NCBI GenBank assembly: GCA_026399755.1
Contig: JAPLQI010000110.1
Span: 1,603-65,602 of the forward strand
Direction: 5' to 3'
From: Pseudomonadota bacterium
GTDB taxonomy: Bacteria > Pseudomonadota > Gammaproteobacteria > Burkholderiales > Chitinibacteraceae
DNA: 64,000 nt
This document shows positions 48,228 through 59,355 of this stretch, piece after piece. The notes beneath the pieces are model-generated. The model saw only the letters and a program-made list of their open reading frames with translations, was not told where the DNA came from and did not search any database. The stretch's first letter is position 1, and every line of letters starts with the position of its first letter. The translations under genes and the position numbers were made by a program.

Positions 48228-51200
48228 ATGTTGCCGCAAAGCAAACCAGAACAAGCCAAGCAAGGCTTTAACTTATCGGCTTGGGCACTTACCCATCAAT
48301 CCCTCGTTCTCTACCTAATGGTGGTGCTCTCGCTGGCGGGGCTGCTTTCTTATACCAAGCTTGGCATGAAGGAAGACCCAGAATTTACCTTTGGTGCCAT
48401 GGTCGTGCGTAGCTTTTGGCCTGGCGCCAGCGCTCCCGAGATGGAGCAGCAGGTGACCGATAAGCTAGAAGAAGCCTTACAAGGTATTGCCTATATCGAT
48501 TACACCAAGAGCTATTCCAGAAGTGGTGAGTCGCTTATTACCGTGATGCTGCGGGAAGATCAGAAAAAGAATATCTCGGATGCGTGGTATCAAGTTAGAA
48601 AGCGCATTAATGATGCCAAGGGCAAGCTGCCGCCCGGGATCGCTGGGCCATTTTTTAATGATGAATTTGGCGATACTTACGGCAATCTCTATGCATTTAC
48701 CAGCGATGGCTTTAGCTACCCTGATCTCAAAAAACAAATTGAGCTGGTCCGTACCGAATTACTGCGCATTCCTGATATCAACAAAGTCATTTTGATTGGC
48801 CAGCAAGATGAAAAAATCTATGTGGAATACTCCAACGCCAAGCTAGCCAGCCTCGGTATTTCAGCCTTTCAAATAAATAAAATCATTGCCGCCACCAATA
48901 CCATCACCCCTGCGGGCGTAGTTGAGGGCAAGGATGAACATATTTATTTGCGCGTAACCGGCGGCTTTAATGCGGTAGAACATCTGCGCCAATTACCCCT
49001 TACCGTAGCCGGTAAAACCTTCTTACTTGGCGATATAGCCCAGGTATTTCGAGCCACCATCGACCCGCCACAAACCAAGATGCGTTATCAAGGCCAAGAT
49101 GCCGTTGGGCTGGGCATCTCAATGCGTAAAGGCGGTGACGTCATCAGAATGGGGCAACAGGTCGATGCTTCATTAGCAGAAATTAAGAAAAACCTCCCCA
49201 TTGGCGTCGAAATCAACACGATTTCTGACCAGCCTGCCGTGGTCAAAAACGCCATTAATATCTTTATGAAGTCCTTGCTAGAAGCCGTGGTGATTGTGCT
49301 TGCGGTGAGCTTTTTAAGCTTGGGCTGGCGTACCGGGATTGTGGTGGCTTTGTCCATTCCACTCGTACTGCTGATGACCTTTTTAGGCATGAGTATTTTT
49401 GGTCTAGAGTTGCAGCGTATTTCGCTAGGCGCACTGGTGATTGCACTTGGGCTATTGGTGGACGACGCGATTATTGCAGTAGAAATGATGGCGCTTAAAT
49501 TAGAGCAGGGTTGGAGCCGCTTTGATGCCGCCACCTTTGCCTATACCTCCACCGCTTTTCCTATGTTAACCGGCACGCTGATTACCGCCGCAGGCTTTCT
49601 ACCGGTGGGCCTCGCCAAATCAGATGCGGGTGAATACACCTTCTCGATCTTTGCCGTGATCGGTATAGCGCTGGTACTGTCGTGGATTGTGGCCGTGGTA
49701 TTTACCCCCTATATGGGCTACCACCTGCTGTCAGAAACACCGCGCCACGAAGAGCACGATATTTACCAAGGCGGCTTTTACGCACGTTTCCGTAAGCTGG
49801 TTACTTGGTGCGTGACCTGGCGTAAAACCGTGATTGCAGCGACTCTAGGCGCGTTTCTACTTGCGGTAGCGGCCTTTGCCCTCGTCATCCCGCAACAATT
49901 CTTCCCAGCCTCGGCTAGGCCCGAGCTCATGGTCGATATGTGGCTGCCCTACACCGCCTCGTATGAAGCCACCGAGCGTGAAGTCAAACGCATGGAAGCG
50001 ATCGCAATCAAAGACCCCGATGTAGCGCATGTCACTAGCTATATCGGCGTGGGCTCGCCTCGCTATTACTTACCGCTTGACGAGCAAATGCCTAACTTAA
50101 ACTTTGGTCAACTTACCGTGATGACCAAGAACGAGAAGGTGCGTGAAAACGTCTACAAGCGTCTTACCCAACAATTTGCCAATGACTTCCCGCTAGTGCG
50201 TGGCCGTGTAACTCGGCTAGAGAACGGCCCACCCGTTGGCTACCCAGTGCAATTTCGGATTAGCGGCGTGGACCCTCTTGAGCTAAAACGCATCGCCACC
50301 CAAGTGGCCGAGGTCATGCGCCAAAACCCAGATACTCGCGAAGTGCATACCGATTGGGGTGAAAAAGTAAAAGTGATTCGTCTGCTCACCAAGCAAGACC
50401 GCTTACGCCAGCTAGGGCTGTCTTCGCAAGAGCTAGCCAATTACTTGCAAATGGCCGTGTCAGGCATTACGGCCACGCAATATCGTGAAGCCGATCAGAG
50501 CATTGATGTGATCACACGCCTCACGGAAAATGAGCGAACTCGTCTCGATTTTCTGAAAGATTTGCGTGTACCACTGCCATCGGGTCAATTTGTTCCTCTA
50601 TCCCAGCTGGCAACCTTGCAGCTAGAGAGCGAAGAAAGCCTGATCTGGCGACGTAATCGGGTCGCCACGCTCACGGTGCGTGCCGATGTGGTCCAAGGCA
50701 AGCAAGCGCCCGACGTGAGCAATGCGCTGCAAGCAAAGATCCTTAAAATAGAAGCAACACTTCCTCCGGGCTATCACATTGCAACAGGGGGCGCGGTAGA
50801 ATCAGCAGCCAAAGGGCAAGAATCGATTAATAAGGTCATGCCGCTGATGTTGCTTGTGGTGATGACCTTATTAATGCTGCAGCTGCAAAGCATCCAAAGG
50901 ATGATTATGGTGCTCTTGACTGCGCCACTCGGCTTAATCGGCGTGGCAATGTCCTTACTGCTATTTCAAGTGCCATTTGGCTTTGTGGCCATGTTGGGTG
51001 TCATCGCGCTTTCAGGCATGATCATGCGCAATTCAGTCATCCTGATGGATCAGATCGAACAAGACCGCAGAGCTGGCGACGATGCATGGACCGCCGTAAT
51101 TGAATCGGCAGTGAGGCGCTTTCGGCCGATTATGCTGACCGCTGCCGCCGCCATTTTGGCGATGATCCCGCTGACGCGTGACACCTTCTGGGGGCCAATG

Positions 51201-51317
51201 GCGATTGCGATTATGGGCGGCTTATTTGTGGCGACTGTTTTAACACTCTTATTTTTACCAGCCCTCTACGCCGCTTGGTTCAGGCTCAGCCCGCCGAAGA
51301 GTGAAAAGAGTACATAA
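48228..51317 (+). CDS. RND efflux permease (MexK-like)
   Basis: FNLSAWAL, GLLVDDAII, RFRPIMLT; 1029 aa. Confidence 0.94.
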   Translation: MLPQSKPEQAKQGFNLSAWALTHQSLVLYLMVVLSLAGLLSYTKLGMKEDPEFTFGAMVVRSFWPGASAPEMEQQVTDKLEEALQGIAYIDYTKSYSRSGESLITVMLREDQKKNISDAWYQVRKRINDAKGKLPPGIAGPFFNDEFGDTYGNLYAFTSDGFSYPDLKKQIELVRTELLRIPDINKVILIGQQDEKIYVEYSNAKLASLGISAFQINKIIAATNTITPAGVVEGKDEHIYLRVTGGFNAVEHLRQLPLTVAGKTFLLGDIAQVFRATIDPPQTKMRYQGQDAVGLGISMRKGGDVIRMGQQVDASLAEIKKNLPIGVEINTISDQPAVVKNAINIFMKSLLEAVVIVLAVSFLSLGWRTGIVVALSIPLVLLMTFLGMSIFGLELQRISLGALVIALGLLVDDAIIAVEMMALKLEQGWSRFDAATFAYTSTAFPMLTGTLITAAGFLPVGLAKSDAGEYTFSIFAVIGIALVLSWIVAVVFTPYMGYHLLSETPRHEEHDIYQGGFYARFRKLVTWCVTWRKTVIAATLGAFLLAVAAFALVIPQQFFPASARPELMVDMWLPYTASYEATEREVKRMEAIAIKDPDVAHVTSYIGVGSPRYYLPLDEQMPNLNFGQLTVMTKNEKVRENVYKRLTQQFANDFPLVRGRVTRLENGPPVGYPVQFRISGVDPLELKRIATQVAEVMRQNPDTREVHTDWGEKVKVIRLLTKQDRLRQLGLSSQELANYLQMAVSGITATQYREADQSIDVITRLTENERTRLDFLKDLRVPLPSGQFVPLSQLATLQLESEESLIWRRNRVATLTVRADVVQGKQAPDVSNALQAKILKIEATLPPGYHIATGGAVESAAKGQESINKVMPLMLLVVMTLLMLQLQSIQRMIMVLLTAPLGLIGVAMSLLLFQVPFGFVAMLGVIALSGMIMRNSVILMDQIEQDRRAGDDAWTAVIESAVRRFRPIMLTAAAAILAMIPLTRDTFWGPMAIAIMGGLFVATVLTLLFLPALYAAWFRLSPPKSEKST

Positions 51318-51490
51318 ATTATACGAAATTACGACAATTTAAAAAAAAGGATGGGGGATATTAGTTTAGCGATAACAAACCCCCATCACTAAGGCAAAAA
51401 AGAAACCTCTATTTCTGGGGAATAATTTCCTCAGAATAGGTTTTCTTACCTAGACAAACTCTTTAATACGCCGAGATACCCGAGAAACGA

Positions 51491-52822
51491 ATGATGAAAA
51501 AAACTTTAATTGCACTCAGTATTACCTTCCTTTCCCAACCACTATTTGCTGCAGATTTACTGCAATCTTGGCAAGCCGCACAAAAATATGACGCTAACTT
51601 TGCAGCCGCAAGAGCAGGCCTCGATGCAGGTCGCGAAAAAACCGAACAGGGTAAAGCCTTATTACTGCCGCATATTTCCCTATCAGGAAACGCCAATCGA
51701 AGTATGGTTGACAATAGTGCGGGCAGAAATAGCAGCAGCTTTAACTACGATAAAAATGGCAATAGCTATGGCTATGAGCTAAAGCTCGCCCAACCCATTT
51801 ACCGCGCCGAAGCTTTTGCCGGTGCGGACCAGTTAAAAAAACAAACCGAACAAGCCGAAGTGATTTTTCGGGTGGCAGAGCAAGATTTAATTCTGCGCGT
51901 GGCTAAAGCATATTTCGAAGTTTTAGGCAGTGAAGAAAAAGTAAAACAAACCACGGCGCAAAAAGAAGCGGTTGCCCAGCAACTGGCACAAGCTAAAAAA
52001 TCGTTTGAAGTTGGCGTGTCCACGATTACCGATACCGATGAGGCACAAGCTCGATTTGATGCCATCGTTTCTGCGGAAATTGCCGCACATAATGATATGG
52101 CCATTAAACGTAATGCCTATGAGCTACTCACCCAGCTCAATCCAACCCAGCTCAGCCCAATTAGCAATCGCCAACAACCTACACCGCCGCAGCCCAATGA
52201 TATGGGCGCTTGGCTGCAGCGGAGTGAAACAGGTAGCCTCGTGATTGCAGGCCAGCAATTAGGCTTAGATATTGCCAGCCGTGAAATTGATAAATACCGT
52301 TTAGAAAGTTCCCCAACATTAGATTTAGTTGCAGGTTATGGCGATACATGGAAATCAGCTGGCATATCTTCATCGGGTGGATTAGATCGCGCAGGCTCAG
52401 GGCAAATTGGTTTGCAATTATCAATTCCTTTGTATACAGGCGGAGATCGTTCTTCCAAATTACGTGAAGCCATCGCAAAAAAAGAACAACAACGCCAAAC
52501 AGTAGAAGCCAGTCGCCGAGATACCACGCAATTCACCAAACAAGCTTTTTTAGGCGTGAGTTCAGGAGCAGCGCAAATTGTGGCTTTACAGCAAGCGCTT
52601 AAATCGAGTGAATCATCATTAGCATCAACTAAATTAGGCAGAGAAGTTGGAGTGCGTACCACTATTGATGTACTTAATGCCGAACAAACTTATTTCTCCA
52701 CTCGTTATGACCTTACCGTAGCGCGCTACACCTATTTGTATGCGCGCCTACAATTAGCTGCAACCAGCGGAGAATTGTCTGAAAAAGATCTAAATTCAGT
52801 AAATCTTTGGCTAGGTAATTAA
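51491..52822 (+). CDS. tolC: TolC-family outer membrane channel
   Basis: Signal peptide, FEVGVSTITD, GVRTTIDVLNAEQ. Confidence 0.9.
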   Translation: MMKKTLIALSITFLSQPLFAADLLQSWQAAQKYDANFAAARAGLDAGREKTEQGKALLLPHISLSGNANRSMVDNSAGRNSSSFNYDKNGNSYGYELKLAQPIYRAEAFAGADQLKKQTEQAEVIFRVAEQDLILRVAKAYFEVLGSEEKVKQTTAQKEAVAQQLAQAKKSFEVGVSTITDTDEAQARFDAIVSAEIAAHNDMAIKRNAYELLTQLNPTQLSPISNRQQPTPPQPNDMGAWLQRSETGSLVIAGQQLGLDIASREIDKYRLESSPTLDLVAGYGDTWKSAGISSSGGLDRAGSGQIGLQLSIPLYTGGDRSSKLREAIAKKEQQRQTVEASRRDTTQFTKQAFLGVSSGAAQIVALQQALKSSESSLASTKLGREVGVRTTIDVLNAEQTYFSTRYDLTVARYTYLYARLQLAATSGELSEKDLNSVNLWLGN

Positions 52823-52902
52823 GAAAGCTTGAATTGTTGAGAATAGATATCCATAATCCGTTCGGTGGAGTACCCCAATTCAAAGACCCAAGGAGAATTA
52901 CC

Positions 52903-53232
52903 ATGATTGATCTTTCCCCACTAAGCTATAGTGACCTGATTGAACTGCGCAAGAACTTAGAAGTTGAAATTGTTCGTCGTAAAGAATCAGAAAAGCAAAA
53001 CCTGATTGCTGAACTGCAAAATCTAGTTGCTGCTAAAGGCTTCTCATTGTCTGATGTTTTAGGCACAAGCAGCGACAAGAAAGCGGCTAAAAAAGCAGCT
53101 TCTACTGCTAAAGCACAATTCCGCAATCCTGCTGATGCTGACCAAACTTGGACTGGCCGTGGCCGTAAGCCACAATGGGCAATTGAATTCCTGGCAACAG
53201 GTCGTTCATTAGAAGAATTGCGCATCGCCTAA
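52903..53232 (+). CDS. hns: H-NS family nucleoid protein
   Basis: TWTGRGRKPQW DNA-binding motif; AAGGAG RBS before ATG 52903. Confidence 0.9.
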   Translation: MIDLSPLSYSDLIELRKNLEVEIVRRKESEKQNLIAELQNLVAAKGFSLSDVLGTSSDKKAAKKAASTAKAQFRNPADADQTWTGRGRKPQWAIEFLATGRSLEELRIA

Positions 53233-53412
53233 TCAATATTGCTTTTATGAAATGACGAATAGACTCGTAGTGCCTTGATCTATAAGAACTCTTATGACAA
53301 TAGTAAATTAGCCTATAGACTAATTTCTGTTGTCAAAGAGCTTTTAAAAAGAAAAAGAAACCGCAAATATCCGTAGAATTTTATAAAATATTGATGCCGT
53401 TGCATGTAAGGC

Positions 53413-53442
53413 CAAACAAGGCAGCTTAGGCTGCCTTGTTTG
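53413..53442. other. Perfect 13-bp stem-loop upstream of uvrD
   Basis: CAAACAAGGCAGC-TTAG-GCTGCCTTGTTTG. Confidence 0.6.
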
Positions 53443-53486
53443 TATTCAGCTGTACAATCCCCCTTCTTTACCTGTGAACCCTTGCC

Positions 53487-55613
53487 ATGTCGCACCCCCT
53501 CACCGCCAATCTCAATCCAGAACAAGCTGCAGCCGTTGAATTACCGCCGGAACACGCGCTCATCTTGGCCGGTGCAGGCAGCGGCAAGACCAGTGTGCTC
53601 ACCACCCGTATTGCTTGGCTTTTATCCACGGGGCAATGCAGCCCAGCGGGCTTATTGTCGGTGACCTTTACGAATAAAGCAGCCAAAGAAATGCTGGTCC
53701 GAATTACCTCCATGATGCCGCTTAATCCACGAGGCTTATGGGTTGGCACATTTCACGGCTTATGCAATCGAATGCTCCGTTTGCATTGGCGCGATGCCGG
53801 CTTACCTGAAACTTTTGCAATATTAGATTCTGCCGAGCAGCTTTCCGCAGTAAAGCGAATATTGAAAGCATTAAATATAGATGATGAAAAATATCCGGCA
53901 AAAGTAGTCCAACAATTTATTAATGGCCATAAAGAAAATGGCCGACGCGCAGGTGATGTAGACGCTTGGGATGATTATTCGCGCATGCTACGATTAATTT
54001 ATGAGGAATATGAGAAACAATGCCAACGGGAAGGTGTAGCTGATTTCTCTGAATTATTACTACGCTGTTACGAATTGCTTTCTAAAAACGAATCTTTACG
54101 TGAACACTATCAAAGCCGTTTCCGTCACATATTAGTCGATGAATTTCAAGATACGAATAAGCTGCAATATGCTTGGTTAAAACTTTTAGCTGGCAGCAAT
54201 AATGCGCTATTTGCTGTGGGTGATGACGATCAATCCATTTACGCATTCCGTGGTGCAAATGTCGGCAATATGCACGATTTCCAAACTGATTTCGCTGTGA
54301 AGCATGTGATTCGTTTAGAGCAAAATTACCGCTCGCAAGGCAATATTTTAGATGCCGCGAATGCCGTTATTGCCAACAACCGTAACCGCTTAGGTAAAGA
54401 ATTATGGACCAGCGAGCCAGCTGGCGAGCCAATTCGCGTATTTGAAGCCGCTACCGATTTTGAAGAAGCCGCTTTTATTGTAGAAGAAGCACAAACCCTA
54501 ATCAGAGAAGGCAATCGCGCCAATGACATTGCCATTCTTTATCGTGCCAATGCTCAATCGCGAGTAATTGAACATGCCTTATTTACCGCTGGCGTGCCTT
54601 ATCGCGTTTATGGTGGTTTACGCTTTTTTGAACGCCAAGAAATTAAACATTCTTTAGCTTATTTGCGCTTAATTGCTAATCCTGGCGATGACAATGCCCT
54701 GCTGCGCGTCATCAACTTCCCAACGCGTGGCATCGGCGCACGCACCATCGAAAGCATTCAAGAAACGGCTCGCAACGCAGGCACCCCCCTATGGCAAGCT
54801 GCTTGCTCAGGTGGTGCGGGTCGCGGGGCGGCTGCCGTTAAGAAATTTGCCGAAATCATCGAAAACATGCGCTCCCAAGCCACCGGCCTAGCCATGCCCG
54901 AGCTGGTCGATATGATGCTCGATCTATCTGGCCTACGTGCCCATTATCAAGCAGACAAAGAAGGCGAGGAGCGCCTTGCCAACTTGGGCGAGCTGATTAA
55001 TGCCGCCACCAACTTTGTGCAAGAAGATGAAAACAACCTTATCGCCTTCTTATCCCACGCCAGCCTTGAAGCGGGGGATCACCAAGCCGGTGCGCATGAT
55101 GAAGCATTGCAGCTGATGACCGTACATGCCTCTAAAGGCCTAGAGTTTCATGCGGTGTTTTTATGTGGCCTTGAAGAAGGCCTGTTCCCTCACGACAACA
55201 GTATGAACGATGCCAGCGCGGTGGAAGAAGAACGCCGCCTGATGTATGTGGCGATTACACGTGCTCGCCGCCGCCTTTACATCACGCTTGCGCAAAGCCG
55301 TATGCTGCATGGGCAAACACGCTACGCCGTGGCGAGCCGCTTTATGCAAGAAATCCCACAACAGCTATTAAAATTCCTTAATCGTGGCTACGCCCCACAG
55401 GGCTACTCCGGTCCGGCCACCCTCGCCAGCAAGATCAAAGCCCCTACACCAGAACACGGCTTAGCCATCGGCATGAATGTAGAGCATCCTAAGTTTGGTC
55501 AGGGTGTGGTCACCGATCATGAAGGGGGAGCGAGCGGCAATGTGCAGGTGAATTTTGCGACCGCAGGATCAAAATGGCTGGCCGTGGCTTATGCCAAATT
55601 GAAAGTTCTTTAA
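53487..55613 (+). CDS. uvrD: DNA helicase II
   Basis: AGAGSGKT, FTNKAA, DEFQD, VGDDDQSIY, EERRLMYVAITRA. Confidence 0.95.
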   Translation: MSHPLTANLNPEQAAAVELPPEHALILAGAGSGKTSVLTTRIAWLLSTGQCSPAGLLSVTFTNKAAKEMLVRITSMMPLNPRGLWVGTFHGLCNRMLRLHWRDAGLPETFAILDSAEQLSAVKRILKALNIDDEKYPAKVVQQFINGHKENGRRAGDVDAWDDYSRMLRLIYEEYEKQCQREGVADFSELLLRCYELLSKNESLREHYQSRFRHILVDEFQDTNKLQYAWLKLLAGSNNALFAVGDDDQSIYAFRGANVGNMHDFQTDFAVKHVIRLEQNYRSQGNILDAANAVIANNRNRLGKELWTSEPAGEPIRVFEAATDFEEAAFIVEEAQTLIREGNRANDIAILYRANAQSRVIEHALFTAGVPYRVYGGLRFFERQEIKHSLAYLRLIANPGDDNALLRVINFPTRGIGARTIESIQETARNAGTPLWQAACSGGAGRGAAAVKKFAEIIENMRSQATGLAMPELVDMMLDLSGLRAHYQADKEGEERLANLGELINAATNFVQEDENNLIAFLSHASLEAGDHQAGAHDEALQLMTVHASKGLEFHAVFLCGLEEGLFPHDNSMNDASAVEEERRLMYVAITRARRRLYITLAQSRMLHGQTRYAVASRFMQEIPQQLLKFLNRGYAPQGYSGPATLASKIKAPTPEHGLAIGMNVEHPKFGQGVVTDHEGGASGNVQVNFATAGSKWLAVAYAKLKVL

Positions 55614-55689
55614 AGATCAGGGCAAACGCTAAGTAAATTCGCGCTCAGCGCGTGATATGGGCAAAATGCTTGTCTAGTGCTGTTCCAAT

Positions 55690-55832
55690 CCTATCAACAG
55701 ATAGCGAAATGTTTTTTGTAGGGCGGGTGTAAGCCGAGAGCAATAAAATACGCGGGTTGCACCCGCCCTACGATGATTCAATGCTTGTCATTGCGTGGCA
55801 ACAACATGACATATAGCTAAATTGATAGGATG
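55690..55832. repeat. REP doublet with BIME-like linkers
   Basis: REP pair 55718-55771; downstream linker GATGATTCAATGCTTGT shared with 33976. Confidence 0.85.
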
Positions 55833-55887
55833 GCTGCTGTTCCTCCCACGCAATACGTTTTTCAATGGACAATTAAGTCTTAAAACT

Positions 55888-57573
55888 ATGGCTGAAAAAC
55901 CAAGCGCCTTCTCGGTCATCTCCTCTGCCACCGCCAAGCGTAAAGCGGCCAATGGCATTCCCGATGTATCCACCCTGCGTGTCTTGGTGATTGACCCTGT
56001 TGCCGAAATACGCCGCACCGTGGGTATGATTTTAGGCCAATACGGCACCAGCCATATTGATCACGCCAGCAATAGCACAGAAGCCTTGGCCAGCATGAAG
56101 AAGCTCAAATATGAGCTGATCCTCTGCGAATATGATTTAGGCAAAGGCCAAGATGGGCTATTTTTGTTTGATGAAGCACGGCGTCTTGATTTACTCAAAG
56201 CCTCATGTATTTTTATCGTGATCACCGCAGAGCGAGGCGCGCAAAAAGTGCTAGGGGCAGCAGAGCAATCTCCCGATGCCATTCTGCTTAAGCCCTTTAC
56301 AGGGGAAATGCTGCACAGCCGCATTCTTGCTACTTTGCAAAGAAAAATACGCTTTAAATTAGTTGATGAAGCCATCATGGCCCACGATTTTTTAAATGCC
56401 ATTCAACTCTGTAGCAAGGCTGCCAATACTAGCGCGGAATACGCGATTGATTTTTTACGCCTCAAAATTCATCTATTGCTACGCATCGGTAATTGGACGC
56501 AGGTGCGTGATCAATGTCGGCAACTTTTGGTTGAGCAAGAATTACCTTGGGCGAAAATGGCTCTGGGCAAAGCCTTATATCAATTGAAGAGCTATTCAGA
56601 AGCCATGACGGTATTTAAAGCCATCATTAACGAGCATGCACACGCCCTAGAAGCCTACGACTGGCTAGCCCAAGTCCAACAGGCGATGGGTGACGACGTG
56701 GCCGCACAGGCAACGCTACAACGCGCCATTAGCAAATCGCCTTTTGTCGTCACAAGGCAGCGCCAGCTCGGCAATGTCGCTTTAAAAAGCGGCGATCTAG
56801 CCACAGCAGAAAGCGCTATGCTCGAAACAGTACGTATCGCTCGCCATTCTTTTTTGCGCAACCCAGCGGACTATGGCCAGCTGGCTGATGTGCAAATTAG
56901 CCGAGGCAATGTAGCGGCAGCACGGCTGACCGTCGATGAAATTCGCAAAGACTTTAAAGACCCGCAAGTCGATGTCTTAGCGGACGCCCTTGATGCTGAT
57001 ATTTATATGCACACGGGTGAAATCGAAAAAGCACAGAGCCAGCTCAAGACCGCGCTTGGACAGCTAGTCCAGCTCGCCCTGCCCCCTTCGGCAACGGTAG
57101 GCCTGGCACTCGCCAAGGCCTGCTTTAACCAGCAACAAGGGGCACTGGCTGAGATCGTGGTGCGTAATCTACTTAAAAATAGCCATGACGATTTAGCTTT
57201 GGCCGCAAAAATCACTACTCTCTATCGCCAACAAGGCCATGAGGCGCAAGCTGAGCAGCTCATTCAAGAAAACAGCGCCAGCATCGTTGCCTTAAATAAT
57301 GAAGCCGTCAAACTGGCCCGTAGTGGCGATCTAGCCGGTGCAGCAGAGCGCTTTATTCGTGCCGCAACCGATATGCCCAGCAATGTGCAAGTGCTACTTA
57401 ACACCGTCAATGCCCTGCTGGCGTATACCAATCAGCATGGCTGGCACCAAGAATGGATGCAGCTCAGTAATGATTATCTGCTACGCATCCATGAATTAGA
57501 TCCGGTAAACGGCCGTGGTTTGCAATTACAGGAGTTTTTTCGTAAAACAAAGCAGCGCTATGGCATAAGCTAG
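55888..57573 (+). CDS. Response regulator receiver plus TPR repeat protein
   Basis: Receiver-like VLVID...LCEYDLG...TAE...KP, followed by helical TPR-like repeats. Confidence 0.8.
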   Translation: MAEKPSAFSVISSATAKRKAANGIPDVSTLRVLVIDPVAEIRRTVGMILGQYGTSHIDHASNSTEALASMKKLKYELILCEYDLGKGQDGLFLFDEARRLDLLKASCIFIVITAERGAQKVLGAAEQSPDAILLKPFTGEMLHSRILATLQRKIRFKLVDEAIMAHDFLNAIQLCSKAANTSAEYAIDFLRLKIHLLLRIGNWTQVRDQCRQLLVEQELPWAKMALGKALYQLKSYSEAMTVFKAIINEHAHALEAYDWLAQVQQAMGDDVAAQATLQRAISKSPFVVTRQRQLGNVALKSGDLATAESAMLETVRIARHSFLRNPADYGQLADVQISRGNVAAARLTVDEIRKDFKDPQVDVLADALDADIYMHTGEIEKAQSQLKTALGQLVQLALPPSATVGLALAKACFNQQQGALAEIVVRNLLKNSHDDLALAAKITTLYRQQGHEAQAEQLIQENSASIVALNNEAVKLARSGDLAGAAERFIRAATDMPSNVQVLLNTVNALLAYTNQHGWHQEWMQLSNDYLLRIHELDPVNGRGLQLQEFFRKTKQRYGIS

Positions 57574-57689
57574 ATGGAATCAATCATCAGCGAAAATCAA
57601 AATGCAACTCTACAATAAGAGAGAAGCAAGAGCCGTCGCTGGGCTTGAGCCCACGCTAGACAGAGTTGATATCAACGAGGAATAAAACC

Positions 57690-57989
57690 ATGCAAACCAG
57701 CACCAAAATTGATGATCACAAAGGCCGCATTATGCTCAATGGCAACTTTACGTTTGAATCGCATCGCGAATTCAAACAAGCCACGACAGCCGCTCTAGAA
57801 ACACCAGGCCTCACCGAGCTTGAAATGGATTTTAGCGCCGTCGATTATATGGATTCAGCCGCCTTAGGCATGTTGTTACTCCTTAACGAGCGAGCCAATG
57901 GCCGTAAAGTAACTTTGATCAACTGTCGAGGTACCGTTAAAGCGGTTTTAGAAATCGCTAACTTTGGCAAAATTTTTGAAATAAAATAA
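57690..57989 (+). CDS. STAS domain (anti-anti-sigma-like) protein
   Basis: DFSAVDYMDSAALGML with phosphorylatable Ser; GAGG RBS. Confidence 0.9.
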   Translation: MQTSTKIDDHKGRIMLNGNFTFESHREFKQATTAALETPGLTELEMDFSAVDYMDSAALGMLLLLNERANGRKVTLINCRGTVKAVLEIANFGKIFEIK

Positions 57990-57997
57990 AAAAATCC

Positions 57998-58037
57998 AAA
58001 AAAAAGGCAGCATATCTAAAATATGATGCCTTTTTTT
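57998..58037. terminator. Bidirectional intrinsic terminator
   Basis: A-tract GGCAGCATAT...ATATGATGCC T-tract between convergent genes. Confidence 0.75.
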
Positions 58038-58049
58038 AAAAGCAATCAA

Positions 58050-59114
58050 TTAAATTTTTTCTAGCTCTGTTCCACCACGCACCCAACTCCCCAGCAAAGC
58101 ATAACAAATGGCAAGTAAGGTAGGCCCTAAAAAGACGCCTAATAAACCAAACGCCAAAGCGCCACCCAATACGCCAAATAAAATCAAAATAAAGGGCAGA
58201 TCACTTTCTTTACCAATAAAGAGCGGCTTCACTACATTATCTGCCGTGCCCACCACCAAGATCATCCAGAGCGCTAGGAAAATAGCCCAACCTGTATGGC
58301 CTTGATAATAAAGCCAAGCCGCTGCTGGCAAGCCAATAAGCCCTGGGCCACCTGGCAATATAGAAAGAAAGCAACTTGCAAAGCCCAAGGTTAATGAATT
58401 AGGCACACCCGCAATAAAGAAACTAAACCAAGCTAACAACCCTTGCACTAAAGCCGTCCCCAAAAAGCCATAAACGACGCCTCTTACCGTGCCAGTAGCC
58501 ACATTTAATAGCGATTCAGCTTTATCTCCTGCAATACGTCGCATCATCCCCTTTAACCACAAAGCCGCACTTTCACCATGTAGATAAAAGAAAAAAGCCA
58601 CCATTAAGCTTAAAGCCAATAATAAAAACCCGCCGCCAACAATACCGCCAAAACGCAGTAAACCCGATGCAATAGGGCCGCTTAAGCCACGTATCCGCTC
58701 CAATAAGGCAGGATCGCCTTGGCCTAGCTTTAGCCAAAAACCATTAATCCACTCGCCCAAATAAGGAAAGGTGCTGATCCAAGCAGGCAAAACAGGCCAT
58801 CCCACTTGAAATTGGTGGCTCACCGTTTTAATTAAGGAACCGGCTTGGCTGGCAAATTCAAACCCCGCCATCAAAAGGGGTAAAACCAAGAAGGTGAGTA
58901 AGCCGCTAATTAATAGAAGTGCACCAACAAAACGGCTACCTCTACAAAGCTTCACAATCCATTGATAGGGCTTCCAAGTGGTGTAGACCAAAATGGCAGC
59001 CCAAATAACAGAAGCTAAAAATGGGGCCATAATCATTAAGCCCAACCAAATCAAAGCCCCCATCGCCAGAATTGCGGCGAGAGGTTCGATTAAATCAGAA
59101 CTACGTATACGCAT
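58050..59114 (-). CDS. AI-2E (PerM) family transporter
   Basis: Multiple TM helices, DNVVKP, GVFLGP. Confidence 0.88.
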   Translation of the reverse strand: MRIRSSDLIEPLAAILAMGALIWLGLMIMAPFLASVIWAAILVYTTWKPYQWIVKLCRGSRFVGALLLISGLLTFLVLPLLMAGFEFASQAGSLIKTVSHQFQVGWPVLPAWISTFPYLGEWINGFWLKLGQGDPALLERIRGLSGPIASGLLRFGGIVGGGFLLLALSLMVAFFFYLHGESAALWLKGMMRRIAGDKAESLLNVATGTVRGVVYGFLGTALVQGLLAWFSFFIAGVPNSLTLGFASCFLSILPGGPGLIGLPAAAWLYYQGHTGWAIFLALWMILVVGTADNVVKPLFIGKESDLPFILILFGVLGGALAFGLLGVFLGPTLLAICYALLGSWVRGGTELEKI

Positions 59115-59355
59115 ATTTACTCGCCTTTAACCTCCCAAATGGGCGTTGTTAGCATACCCGTAAAAATAGTAATTGACCGCTATAAATTACCTAGAATAAG
59201 GGTGTTTTTAACTATTTTAATCGCTATCAGAATATTCTTACCGAAAAGATAAGACCTTCATCACAAAGCATTTTTCAATATAAGCATACGACATAAACTC
59301 ATTAAGCTAAGTAAGCCCAACTCCCACCAAAAAATAGCTGATAGCAAAATGTAAC

